A stretch of DNA of 64,000 bases from Sarea resinae (taxonomy: Eukaryota): contig JAPEUD010000035.1 in assembly GCA_026026165.1 (NCBI GenBank), forward strand, positions 1-64,000. The letters run 5' to 3'. Below, one piece after another: positions 12,502-25,472 of the stretch. The translations under genes were made by a program, and so were the position numbers. The notes under the pieces were generated by a model. The model was not told the origin of the DNA and searched no databases. It saw only the letters and a list, made by a program, of their open reading frames with translations. Numbering within the stretch: the stretch's first letter is position 1; the number at the start of each line of letters is the position of its first letter.

Positions 12502-14265
12502 ATGGCCAGTAGCTCACCCCAGAGCCCCACGCAGGGAAGCTCCCCACCACCTGATGCTACCGCTCTCCCATCCATACCGGAAGGTCTTAACAACAGGCCA
12601 TCGCAAGAGTCACGAAAGTCAAGTCTAGGATTTTTGCGCCGCGCGCGGTCTGGAGAACCACTGAACAACCGAAGAAGCTCGTCCGGGTCAAGGCCTAGCA
12701 AGAAGCAGCGAGCTGCAGAGCAGCAGGAGCAACTCCGTCGTGAGCGCGAAGCTCATGCCGCAAGAAGAGCGCCAAGACTCCCCGATCTACCCGCTCCGCC
12801 CCAGCTCAAGACTTTCGGTGGTGAAGACGCACGCCCAGACTCGGTCGCTATTGTGTCGAACAAACTAGGCGGATATCACCAGAACGGAGCTGCCTATCCA
12901 CGCTCGATGGATGGCCATCTCCCCCACAACGTTCCTATTCCACCGATGCCTAGAAGTCCAGCGAACAGGAGAGGTGAGCATGCTGATCCGTATGTGGATC
13001 CGTATGCCAGGACGGAGAGCATGACGAACCGTGGGCGATACAGCTATGCCAGCAGTGCGGTCAGCAGCATAAACAGCCCGCGCAGAGTCCGAAGGAGGAA
13101 AGACCCAACTCCATACAAGTAGGTATAGGATTCCTCTTCCGGGGCTATCGACTGACGTATCAAAAGCATCCTCGTTATTGGAGCGCGAAATTCGGGCAAG
13201 ACCTCATTCCTCAATTTTCTCCGTACATCACTCGCTTTGCCGGCCAGAAAACGCCAGCATGATCGTCCCTCTGAAGCCCCGGACTATATTTCGCCGCCAA
13301 ATACCAGGGCCAGCAACTCTGCCTTTACTTCTCATTACCTGGAGACCGAGATTGACGGAGAGCGGATTGGTCTGACTTTGTGGGATTCGCAAGGCTTAGA
13401 GAAAAATGTCGTTGATCTTCAGCTTCGCGAAATTTCATCGTTCATCGAGAGCAAATTTGAAGACACTCTTGCCGAGGAGATGAAGGTCGTCCGCGCCCCC
13501 GGAGTCCAAGACACCCACATACACTGCGTCTTTCTGATCCTCGACCCAGTTCGCCTCGATGGTAACAATTCCGGTCCGCAGCCGCACTGGAACGAGCAGG
13601 CCAGCAAAACCGGCCTAGGACCTCGAGGTGGCCTGGATGAAGCTTTTGATCTTCAGATCATGCGAGCACTCCAGGGTCGAACGATTGTTATTCCAGTCAT
13701 AAGTAAAGCCGATACCATCACAACTGCGCACATGGCCTACCTGAAAAAGACAGTTGCCGCGAGTCTCAAGCAGGCAAAAATCGATCCTCTGGAGGCGTTT
13801 GGTCTGGATGAACTGGAAGGCAATTCGGACCACGAACGTCTTGATGAGCGAGACGAGGACGAAGAGAATGATCTTGCTGTCAAAGCCGCCGCACTTACGA
13901 CAGTGGACAACTTTTCTGACAGCTCCGCCGAGGAGTCGTCGAGTGCCGACGAGAAAAACGGCAGTACGAAGCGCCATGCCAAAAAGAGCTCTTCAAGCGG
14001 TTCCTTGAAGTCGAATTCAAATTCAAATTCCGGGACGGATTCTCCCTATTTCCCGCTTTCAATCATCAGCCCAGATATCTACGACCCGGACACCGTTGGC
14101 CGTAAATTCCCATGGGGAATTGCTGATCCGTATGATCCCGAGCACTGTGACTTCAACCGTCTCAAAAATGCCGTCTTCACTGACTGGCGCGGCGAGTTGA
14201 GAGAGGCCAGCAGAGACATCTGGTACGAAGGCTGGCGTACGTCGCGTTTGAGACGGAGGCGTTAG
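12502..14265 (+). CDS. aspE: Septin, AspE-like (group 5, filamentous-fungus type); intron 13119-13166
   Basis: RRRKDPTPY|NILVIGARNSGKT (G1), LWDSQG (G3 variant), PVISKAD (G4), GRKFPWG...EHCDF (septin unique element); long disordered N-terminus. Confidence 0.8.
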
Positions 14266-15895
14266 ACCATGAACATCTCCAAGATTGTGACCTTGATCTA
14301 GCGTTCAGCCTCTCGATCTAACTTCGCATCATGAAGGAAGTGTGTCCTAGTTCCGGATGGTATTGGACTACACAAAGATTAACGTCTTGGCATGTCATGC
14401 ATCGTTCCTGCTCTTTTCGTGTTTATTCGACGACGTCTTCGCATCTCACGAGACATGCAAGAATGGAAGAACGGAAGATTTAGTTGGGTGAAATGCTCGT
14501 TCTTATTCCTTTTCTATCTCGTCCTTGTCTCTCATTTCCTCTTCATTTACCTTCAATGCGTGTGTGCAGTGCATGCCAGACCCGCTGGCTCGTCTCAGCC
14601 CGCTCCTAGCGTTCGCCCACTCGCCATGTTTTCACATATCATCGTTCTGTCCTTTTTTCTTCCGGAGGGAGTTTGGATGTCCACATACCCCATATGCCAC
14701 ATGCCATGCGCCATATCCATTCCAGATTCCGTCGAATCATCGACGCATGTACCGTCTGCAAAATGCTCTTTCCTTTTTCTTGCAAAATACGTCCGACCAA
14801 ATTATTCTCCGGTGGACTTCACCTTTCTTTGATCTCTCACTCTAGTCTCAGTCCTCTCCGGCTCTCTCCTTACATCTTCTGTATCGCTCCCGGCTTATCT
14901 CCCTTTCTGGCTACGTACCCCTTACATCGATCAGCACATCAAAACCTCGATGGCGATTTCAAGTGGGGCCAAAGAGGGAGGTCTTTGTGTACTTTGCTCC
15001 AAATCCTGAAGCCAAATATTCCAGAGTAAAACATGGCTATCAGTGTCGTCGTGATAACCAAACGGGTCAGAAAATCCTCGTGTTGGGTACTTGCAGACCT
15101 CGCGTCCCTATCTGCTGAAGATCAGTAGCGACTAGCTTAGATGTAAATTTGCTGCCTCGTTGATCCCAAAGTGTTTGTTATTGCGGCGGCCAAACAAACA
15201 CGGCTGCCATACCTACGATTACCATGGACAGGCCGTTGTGACACGCCCACCTACTCAATAAGCGTTTGCATGGACGAACAAGTTCTTGTCCATTAGTAGC
15301 TGGCAGATTTTCATTTGTTCTTGTCCGTGTCGTGTGTAAACAGCTGAAGGTGAAGCGAGTGGGATCCCATTGGGCCTGTTGCCCACTAATTCGTGCGCTT
15401 ACGGTACTGCTGACGGTCACTCAATCTTCCACTTGAACCGCCCCCTCCCCAAGTGGCTGTAGTGTTGCAGCACGCGACTTGTCTCTGCTGATGATTGGCA
15501 CCCTCTTGCCGCCATTCTCCACTCTGGTGCGTTGATCGATGCTCTGACACTTCCCATGCTGCTGCAGATATATACCAGTAGGGTCTACCACTACTGCGCC
15601 GTGCTGTAGCAGCTGTCGGTAGCTGAAACCTTGCTAGCATTGTCTATTCGCTCCCTTTGTCATGCCGCGATTGTTTGTGAAATCGATTAAGATTGTCATG
15701 GCGGGGCCCCGTCGCATGGCTATCGGTTTCGTCTTCAGCCCTGCTGAGCTGAAGATAGAACTCTAGTAAAGAGTACTAGTAATGCTTCACCCCTCCGCGC
15801 CGTGATCTCAACACTGCACACTCTCTTGCTCTTTCCATAGATAGTTGCCCCGTTGCTTGCTCTTTTCAAGTCAATTGCTCCTGGCCAGAAACACA

Positions 15896-18108
15896 ATGTC
15901 TCTCTCAGCCCACGATCCGCGTTCTCGTGGGCGTTCCAAGTCTCCAGGTCGCGAACGCTCAAGGTCTAGATCCAGAGATACGCGCGAGCCGTCTCCGAAC
16001 ATCTATGCCCAGCAGCAGCAGTACCAGTTCGAATATGCCAATCCGAATGCCCAGTATGCCAACGTTTCTCAGGCGCCCGCTGACCCCTATGGTTCAGTGC
16101 CCTCTCCTCCGGGTGGATTTCCCCACAGCGCTGCGGTGCAGTATGACATGCGCAAACCCTCTCCCGTTCCGGGTGATCACCCCAGTTATGGCCATCCAGG
16201 AAGGTATGAGCATTCCCAGGTAAATGCAAGATATGCCGACCCGGATGCATATGTCCAGAGCTCTCGGCCCATTCAGAGGGCGCCGAGTCCTGCCTATGGC
16301 AGACCTGATGATCTCAGGACAGTACCTCCACAGGAACGTCCGCAGTATGCAGACCCGGGCCAGTATCATTACTCCCAGTCAAAGGTGCCCGAGCAGAGCT
16401 ATCGGCCTCCCCCGTCACCAAAGCTGGAGCACAGAAGAAATGCCTCGCGCGGCTCGTCTGACGATTCTTACTATGACCGGCCCAGTCCTCCACGATATGA
16501 CCAGCAACCTCACTATGCATATGCCCCTGAGCCCCAATCTCGAGCGGAGACTCAATACGGCCGTCCGGTGAGCCCGCGTCCAAATTCCATTCAGCCCAAT
16601 GCCGAGTACGCAGCCCCTGGCCAGTACCAGTACGCACATCCATCCCAGGATATTCATTATGCGTCGAAGAAGCCCGAACCCAAGATGTCGTACCTTCAGT
16701 CCCCGCAAGCACAGATTGTCCAGGTCAAGCCGGGTGGTGCAAGTTTCCAAGCCCCCCCCTCTCCAGGACTGAGGCCCCAGAACACCACAAGTCTCCAGGC
16801 TCCGCCTTCGCCAGGATTGAGACCCCAAATGCATCGACTGTCTGTCAGTGGCGCTGGACCTTCTGCTTTAACTCTGACCGGCCAAGCACCGCCCGGATCC
16901 CCCCTGCTGGAAGCGTATCGCGGAACATATCAGTCCATCTCGCCTATGCCATCACCTATGATGCTACCCTCATCTCTCGACGACCATGACCTCGACGATC
17001 TCGACTCTCTGAATTCTCTGTCCGACCTAGACGACGAGCAAGACCGCCGGCGACCAACACGGAGACGGGTCATCGTCTACGACCCCGAAATCGATGCCCT
17101 CGACATCATCAAGGCCCTCAAATCCCGCGAGATCGACAGCGCAGTCTTGACAACCATCCTTCCTGCCCTCTCAGAAGCGCAAATGATGCAGCTCCGTACG
17201 GAATACAAGAAGCACTACAAGGTCCCGACAGGCAAAGGCGTGAACGTCGCAAAACACATCAAGATGAAGGTCCCGGGAGCGTTCGGCAAAGCTTGCTATG
17301 CTACCGCTCTCGGTCGCTGGGAAAGTGAAGCATACTGGGCGAACTTCTGGTATCAGTCCAACTCGTCTCGCAGGGAATTGCTGATCGAGTCCCTTATGGG
17401 CCGCACCAACGCTGAGATCCACTCCATCAAGGATGTCTTCAGCGATAAGCGATACGGCAATGACTTGACCCGGTGTATGAAAGCGGAGCTCAAAGCGGAC
17501 AAATTTCGCGCTGCGATTCTCTTGGCGCTTGAGGCGAAACGGCAGGAAGAAACGGTTCGAATAACGACAGATATGATCAAGCGTGATACCGCCGACCTTT
17601 ATCGCGCCATTTCGGCCAAGGATGGTGGAGAGAGTGCCATGATCCAGATTGTGGTGACGCGTTCAGATGCGTTGCTCAGGGAGGTGATCAAGGCGTATGA
17701 TAACACCTGGCATCGGAATCTCGCAAGGGATATCATTAAGAAGAGTACGAATCTTGTGGTATGTGTTTCCTTTCCCTAGGCTATCTTTCTGCCCCACATC
17801 AAATTGACGTCTCTGAAAAATAGGGAGAACTTCTCGCCCATATCCTCAACGGCGTCATCAACAAGCCGATGCGCGATGCGCTTTTGCTGCATCATGCCCT
17901 TACAGAAACCACAACAAAAGACCGCCTCGAACTGCTGATTTCGCGCCTCGTGCGGTATCATTGGGATAGACGCCACATGGACGCCATACGCCGCGATTAT
18001 CAGCAGCGGTACGGCGTTAGTGTCGAAGGGGATACTGCTCGCCATCTCAAGGGGAAGGGCGCATTTGCGGAATTCTGTATTGCGCTAGTTCGAGGAGGCC
18101 GGCATTGA
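15896..18108 (+). CDS. Atypical fungal annexin (ANXC4-like); intron 17759-17823
   Basis: RS-rich start, long Pro/Tyr-rich N-terminus, then annexin repeats (LIESLMGRTNAEI, GGESAMIQIVVTRSD, RDALLLHHAL, LLISRLVR). Confidence 0.85.
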
Positions 18109-18280
18109 ACGACGAGAGAGAGAAAAGAGAAGAAATTGAGGCATAGCCAATCCTCCTTTGATATGTACAGAAATGATTAATGAAGTGTTGATGAGTGTTG
18201 CGAGCCTCAAATGTATTGACGTGAAAGCAGTGTGATGCTTGCCAACACACTCGTAGCGGTGTCCAATATCGGATCTGAAT

Positions 18281-18834
18281 TCAAGATTCGATTCGAGAAG
18301 CCTTGACTCCTGCCGCTCCATCTCTATTCGCCCTCCAAATGCCACCTTCTTCGCCACCAAACTCCTCTAATTTCCATATCTCGGCCTTCCTTTTGCACTC
18401 TTCTAACGCTTCCTCCCCCGCTCTCCAAGCGGCCTGTCGATGGGATGCCGAGACCGCAATCAAGATGCTTTCCTCACCAATCGGTACAACTCCCAGCCGA
18501 TGAATGATAGAGACAGCAACAAGAGCATGCTTGGTGTGCACCTCTCCGGCGATGTCCATCAGAGTCGCAAGGGCGCGAGGTGGGTAGGACGTATATTGTA
18601 GCTCCTTGACCGGCTTGCCCTCAAAGTTGTCGCGCGTCGTACCTAGGGTCAAGTTTCAGATATGGCATGTGAATCTTAGGAGAAAGCCATTCTACCTGCA
18701 AAGAGGACAATGGCACCGGCTTTGGGGCTTTTGACTTGGTCGACTATGGATGCCACGTCCAGATGGTCGTAGGTGAGCGAGACATGGAGGTTGTCTTTCT
18801 CTAGACTCTGTGGAAAATCAGAAGCCTGGCTCAT
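18281..18834 (-). CDS. cnxH: Molybdopterin synthase catalytic subunit (MoaE/MOCS2B); intron 18643-18695
   Basis: [59 protein letters not shown]. Confidence 0.93.
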
Positions 18835-19228
18835 TGCGTTGAACGAAACTTCCGTGGTGGCATCGGCTGCATGTAAGGTGAACAAGAGCCCTTTGCCTGA
18901 AGCCGAATGGGATGGTGATTGTTGAGGGGCCCTCAGCTTATCGATACCAATGACGTCGAGGCCGCATTCACTTCCGCATGAGCACGAAGTAGTTCGAACC
19001 CGGTAGTTGAGGCTGCATATGAAGTGAACGTTCAAGAATTCATCTAGTAATCGCAGCAATTAGAATACTTTGCCCTGGATTAGGACGTGGATTGTTACCT
19101 CAGACAAAGCGCGAAGCTCTGCACACCTGAGTTGTATCTAGACCTTTTCCGAGCCTCGGCCTCGAATCTTCTTTCATCTTTGCCACTCCAACAACCTCCA
19201 GCCTCCAGCGACCACCCATCTCGACAAC

Positions 19229-21921
19229 ATGTCAACTTATCGACCCCACGAGGGCCGTGGCTCTGCTCACAGTCATCGTCCTCGACCAGCGCGCGGTCGA
19301 GATGATCGGTACGGGCGCATGTACGACGACGACGAAGAACACCAACGACTCGACACGAGGGATCATGCCCGTCGCCGTTCACCGTCTCCAAGGCGCCGAA
19401 CTCCGCCTCAGGGTATATGACTGATAGGAATATGAGCTTGCATAGTGCGCATCTGCTAATGTTGGGCTTTGGAAGATACTCGCACTTCACCTCCACGCGG
19501 GCCTGCTGCCGATCGGGAGAGACTCGATATTGCTGCTGCACGGGAATGGGACCGTCCTCCAAACCGTACTGTATCCCACGAGCGATCGAATTATCGACGG
19601 GACGGACCAAAGTCCACGGGAAGGCGCCCTCGAAATGCTTATCGCGATCGCGATCGAGAAGGGTATCGTTCTCCGAGCGATGGCAGCCGCAGCAGGAGTC
19701 GCAGCACAGATCGTCGCAGGGGCAGATCACCACAATTCGGAGGACCACCAAGCAGAGATATCATCCTAGAAGGGCTTCCGGTGGAGATGACCGAAGATGA
19801 CGTTGGACACCCACTCCTCTCTCGATCCAATGAATGGCACTTTGATAGCCTAAGTGTTCTACCAAAATATTGGGAATCCTAGCTAAGGCATAGGGATTGG
19901 CCTCTTGGCCATCTCGGTGGAAAACAGATCTTGAACGAACTCAGACAATATCATGATGTTGAAGGGCTCGAAGACGTACGAGTGATCCGAGATCGCAGCA
20001 CAGGTAGGCGTTGTCCTTTGAAATATTTCGACCAATGCACTAAGTTCTTACCAGGCGTATCCCGTCAATTCGGCTTCCTCCACTTTTCTTCCTTGTCGAA
20101 CTCTCGGGCTTACCTTGAACGCAATTACCCAAACATATTTCTCTATGGCGCTCGTGGAGCGAACGAAGATGGTGAAGCTGCCAAAATTCACATCGACTTC
20201 GGCAAGGAACGCGATACTCGTGCTCGTTCGGAAAAGGCGGAGTCAGAATGGCAGTGTGAAGCAGTGAGTAAAACATCACAGTAAATCTTTTGATGCTGAG
20301 ACTTTGCAGTGTTACCTCCTGAACTTTCCATACCGCCAGCAGTGCCATCGCTGTCAGGCGCCGAAACCTGGTCAGTAGTCCCACCAGTTGTCTCGATTAA
20401 TCTAACAAGCCTAGAATTTCCATTCCAGCCTGTTCCGTATAAGAACACAGGTGACAGTGATGTTTCTCCCGATGCGACTCCATCCCAATTTTTGCTCCTG
20501 CGCGGTCTGGAGGCTTCCGTGACCGAAGAACTTCTAGCTAAAGGAGTTGCGAAGCTGTACCGACCGAGTGGAGAATCACAGGCGACTTCTGCTCCGCAGA
20601 AAAAGGCAGGGAGCAAGGTCGTGTCCACAACAAGTGATACAAATCTGGGCGCCAAGGAAGGAAGCATAAGACGCGTACTTTTGATACGAGATAGAAAGAC
20701 GAACGATAGCTGGAGATACGGATTTGCGGAATTCGCTGGGGTCGAAGTATGCATGATGATTTCTTTTCTCTTCAATGGAGCTGACACTTTCTCAGGATGC
20801 ACAAGCAGCCTTGACCAAGTATAATTCGCTTGACAGGTTTACCATTGCTTCGAAGCCGGTCCTGGTCACCTATATACATGCGGGCGTCTTCGTCCCAGTA
20901 CTCAATCACGGTCCGAACTTGGAGAAATTTACCTTTATCCCTCTAGCAAATCCTGCCATGAAACTTGCATACTGGGACGAAGGGGCTTATGTGACCGAGC
21001 TGGAAGTTTCCAAGGCCGAATCAGAAGTAGTGCCAAAGCCGAATGATACCTCAAAGGGTGTCGCCACCGCTGCCGCCGCTGCAGAAAAGGAGGGCTTGGC
21101 TGATGGAAAGTCCAAGAAGCGTAAAGCCGACTCTGGAACTGCTGCCCTCGCCAACAAAAAGGTAACGTCGCCCTCCCTCCGCGCCGATAGACTCAGAACA
21201 TACTAATACAGACCAGGCTGTTCCTGCCCACCTTCAATTCTGGCGAAACAGGCACGCCGAACTACACGGCGTCGATAGCGGGGACGCAGAAAAGGAGTCC
21301 TCTCCAGAGTCTATGATGGCCCCAACAAAGCGCTCGCCCAAAACCCAAGAGTCGTCCGCACCTCCTTCGCAATCGTACGCCGATCTCGAGCGGAAATGCT
21401 GCTACCTCTGCTCCAGGCAATTCAAGACCGAAGCCGAGGTCAACAAGCACGAACGCCTCAGCCAGCTGCACCGCGACAACATTCACAACGACGAGCTCCG
21501 AAACAAAGCCCTGGCCAAACTGGCAAAGAAGAAATCGTCTCGTGCGCAGGAATACCGCGATCGCGCCAAAGAGCGCCGCGCCGTGTACAACCAGCCCAAG
21601 AAACCCGCTCCGACGTCTCAACCCGCTGCAGCTGAAGCGCCACCAGCAGAAAAAGAAGATACGCCACCCCCGCAATCCAAGGGCGCCTCGTTACTTGGGA
21701 AGATGGGCTGGACGGCCGGAGAGGGCTTGGGGGCTCAGGGAACGGGGATGACGGCGCCCATCGCGACGGACATGTACGTGCAAGGGGTCGGCCTCGGCGC
21801 GCAAGGTGGCAAGGTCGGCGATGCCGTGGATGAGGCGAGTCGGAATACCAAGGGAGGCTATTCGGATTTCTTGGCCAAGACGAAGGATAAGGCCAAGGAG
21901 AGATACGAACGCATGGGCTAG
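19229..21921 (+). CDS. RBM5/RBM10-like splicing factor (RRM, RanBP2-type Zn finger, RRM, C2H2 finger, G-patch), multi-exon
   Basis: RRM1 (IILEGLP...SRQFGFLHF), WQCEA|CYLLNF..RQQCHRCQA, RRM2 (SWRYGFAEF), CYLCSRQF...HERLSQLH, YRDRAKERR, G-patch KGASLLGKMGWTAGEGLG. Confidence 0.9.
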
Positions 21922-22651
21922 AGCCTTTTCCTGATGTTCTTATGCTATCTGAACATGTTTAAATTCGAGCCGTTGGATCTGCGAAGATGTATACATTGTC
22001 TGTCTAGTTGCGTCCAGCTCTACTGAATGTGTTTGATCTCCACTGCCGCAGAACGTAGAGTCGAAATCTTAGAGAAGTCTATAAGATTTCCTCAAAGGAA
22101 GAGGACCTGTCTTGTTTACCTACAGAATCGCTGAAGTGTCACAGCAATGCCCGGCCTATTCTCACGACGTTCTCGCGAGGTCGTGGGTATTGGGGGCGCT
22201 CTTCCGTCTTTCGCGCTTCGTTCCTTCGCTCTTTCCCACTTCGAGCGGGCTCAGCAGGTAACCTTCTTTAATGGCCCCATAGATCTATATCATGCCTTCC
22301 TTCTTCCGGGAATTTGCGTCGCGCGCGCGCTTTTTGCTTTTGCCCGATCTCCATCTCTCGTCGCTTGAGTTTTGTTCTCGTTATTGTTGTTGTCGTCGTC
22401 GTCGTCGTCATCGTCATCAATCGCGCCCAAGATCGCCCCTTCCACAACCATTTTACAAACCTCTCACTCAAGACCAAAAAGAAACGGCTCGAAATGAGGC
22501 TTCACAGCTACTAATCCCATATCCACATCTTCACGCTCACTTCCTTCGCCCTTCATCCACCTTGAAGAATAACCGGCACCAGATAGAGAGAGACAGGGCC
22601 CCCCCTTTTCATCGCCACCACCGCCGCCCAACGCGCCACAACGCACAAGCA

Positions 22652-23800
22652 ATGGAGCCCGAGAACAACCTTGGTCCCGACGGCCGGCTGCTTGTGAACT
22701 GGCTCCTCAGCGGTGGAGATCGCCCGCGCCCGCGTCCACAGGACGGCCGCACCAACGGCTATACCGAGTTTGCAGCGCCCCAGCCACAACGAGGGCAAGC
22801 AGCGCGACAACTGGTGGAGTATTCCCCAGACCGCGACGTCTTTGATCATGAGGGAAGGCTGGTTTTGCCGGACTTGTTTCTCAACCGTGGTGGTGGTGGT
22901 GGTCCCACGCGTGGGCATCTCCCGAACGGCCTTACCAACGGCCTCACCAACGGCCTCAGCGACGGCCATGCCGATTTCTCAGCGCCCAGGGGACAACAAC
23001 GAGGACAAGCAGCAGAAGTGGTGGAGCATCATTCCCCAGAACCAGACGACGCCGCGCGCGGGCACGAGCAAGGAAACCACCAGCCCTCTCCACAGGCGAG
23101 ACAGCATCTCGCGGAGATGGAATGGGAACACCGGCGAGTTTCGCACTTGCAATGGATGTCTGTTGATCTGGACACGCTGGAGGAGCCGAGCGCGCTGCTC
23201 TTGAGTAATCTCACCGTGCTGTCGCAGTGTCTCGACGAGGTCGAGGATATGTTTGATCTGTAAGTTTCGTTTTCTCACGAAGTCGTGCTACTCCCCTTTT
23301 CCGCCAGACCAGGGCCCTCCCTCACCCTTTATGCGCCCTGCGCACACTCATCCACACGATTTTCCTTCCGTGGCAAATGCGTGGCAAAAGATTCTTCAAT
23401 TCGTGCGCTGATCCTGATCGACTCGGCGATAAACAGGACGGTCATATCCCCATTCGCCGGAGCCGATCCCAGTGGCATACGCTACGCGCAGACGGACTGC
23501 TGGCGCCGCGTTGAGGATGCGGCCGGAACACCGCAACTGTCTACGCTGGTGGCGAATGCGGCGGCCAATAATATGGAGTGTCTGTTTGAGAAGATCAAGG
23601 ATATTAGGAAACGCATCAAGGGGTACAGATCCCCTGTTGCTTCCCTTTGAAGAGAGACAGAGAGAAATGAACGAAACGAGCGCCTGATGGAGTGGCTATG
23701 GTTGATGCTAATCTTCGGCCTGTACAATAGTGCCATCATCGTCGTTCCCCTTAATGTCGGTCAACGGGATAGGCGGATGGATGGTATGCGGTAGTTCAAG
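22652..23800 (+). CDS. Orphan hypothetical protein with an internal duplication; 3' exons uncertain
   Basis: ATG at 22652 inside ORF 22292-23263, GTAAGT donor at about 23260, in-phase next exon (TVISPFAG...KRIKG); end not resolved. Confidence 0.5.
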
Positions 23801-24424
23801 CCAGGCCAGCGCTTCTCTCTGGAAGACGAAGTGCATATCGCGTAAAATGTTCGAGAGAGTGAAAAAGCTTGAGATGTTGGGATCGTCGGCTAGAGCATTG
23901 AAAAAGAGGGTATGAAACTTTGTTGCTGTGACTCTTTCTCTGTCGTTATCGTAGGGGGGTGGGAGTATTGGTAGGATAGACTAGGAACGGATGCAATAGG
24001 GATTCTGTTGGTTGCCGTCTTCCTTTCTTCCTTGGCTCTAGGACGAGTGCTCATCCTGGGAGTTTTGATCCGTTTTCTAAACAAACCTGAGAAATGAGGT
24101 CAATAGCTCGAATATCAAGTATTTGGGAGTCTTATGGAGCACTCTAAAACACGCTTGTAAGGGAACGCAGATAGTATAATACGTCAGCTAGGCTTGAGAC
24201 CCTCGACCCTCGGCCCTGAGGGATAATAGTAGAGCTGAGTACGTAGCTGGAAACAAGGCGCGCACTTGATTCGTGCTGCATCCCCTTCTATTAGATAATT
24301 CTATTAGAGCTTCAGAATTAAGGGAATACAATACACATCATACGAAATCGGGACCGAGGCGTGAAGTTGTAGGACGGTAACGCTTCACATTTCAAATTGT
24401 ACGAAGTATGCTTCCATCGTAAAT

Positions 24425-25140
24425 ATGTCGACCTTGGGCGTCGAGTTGAGAGTCGAGGTAACTCTCTTCTCTCACATACCTACCCCTTTTTCCCCTTGTA
24501 TTCGCTTTGGCTCAGATCTCACAACCTTTTCAGGTAGAAGAAATGCACATGAGCAGGGAAGACTCGTTGACGGTCTCTTTCATCGAGGTTGTGAACTCAT
24601 TACCAGGCTCAACTTGTCTGATCCGGCAGAAAGGCATGTGCAAATACTCGCGGATATAACATGGTGATCTCACAGGTGATCGGACGCGAGGTTTTTGCTA
24701 CAATTACATAGACCTGCGCGAGACGTTGACTAGATTGTTGTATCAGGAGCAGCTGCCGTAAAAGATTAGTCTGGTCGGCAGCATTGACGGGAATTTTCTG
24801 GGGTATTGTAAGATTTCATCTGCATAGTTCTAAATCTCCCTCCACGATCCTCGGTAGTGGAGTTACAGCATTACGCTCTCGATATTGCCGAACATCTGAC
24901 CAAATACTTTGCTCTAGAGGCCGACGACCCTTTTTACCTCTCTCTTCTTGCGCAACTCAAAGGCGATGATCGTGGTAAGAGGCCGCGGTCAGAAATAGCG
25001 CTCTCTATAGTCGGGGAAGGATATGTCGCTCGGCAAAAGGCTGCCAGAGTTAATTGGTCTGCGGACTAGACTCTATGGGCTTTTCAGCCACTTTGGACAT
25101 GCTATCACAGAGAGGTCATATCGGACAGCTTCAATAATGT
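24425..25140 (+). pseudogene. Fragmentary or degenerate multi-exon orphan gene (uncertain)
   Basis: Short coding-looking segments (MSTLGVELRVE; ELQHYALDIAEHLTKYF) flanked by splice-like sites, but I could not join them in one consistent frame. Confidence 0.25.
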
Positions 25141-25382
25141 GAAGTATGAGAGACCATGGAAAGCAATAGGCCATGGGGAACAGCCTCAGCACAGCATGCC
25201 TGGATTATGGCGAGCAACGTCGTGAATTACGATCCATCGGATAAGATAAGAAAAGTGTAGCGTGGACCTTCCATGGTGTACTTGTGAGGTACACGTTACC
25301 GCCAAACCGAAAAAGAAAACCCCTGGAAATTTGACGATAGGATCATCTATCTTGATTCCGACGCGATTTTTCATCAACATCC

Positions 25383-25472
25383 GGGCAATTGGTCTAGTGG
25401 TATGATTCTCGCTTAGGGAACACTCTAAGTCCAAGCTGCGAGAGGTCCTGAGTTCAATTCTCAGATTGCCCC
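25383..25472 (+). tRNA. tRNA-Pro (anticodon AGG) with an 18-nt intron (25419-25436)
   Basis: Acceptor stem GGGCAAT/ATTGCCC, A-box TGGTCTAGTGG, anticodon stem CTCGC/GCGAG, loop TT-AGG-G|intron|T, T-arm CTGAG-TTCAATT-CTCAG, TTTTT terminator at 25482-25486. Confidence 0.96.

Noticed and set aside
18835..19228. Bicistronic MOCS2A/MOCS2B arrangement as in animals
   Set aside because: No ubiquitin-like ORF ending in GG upstream of the catalytic subunit; the region is a short divergent promoter.
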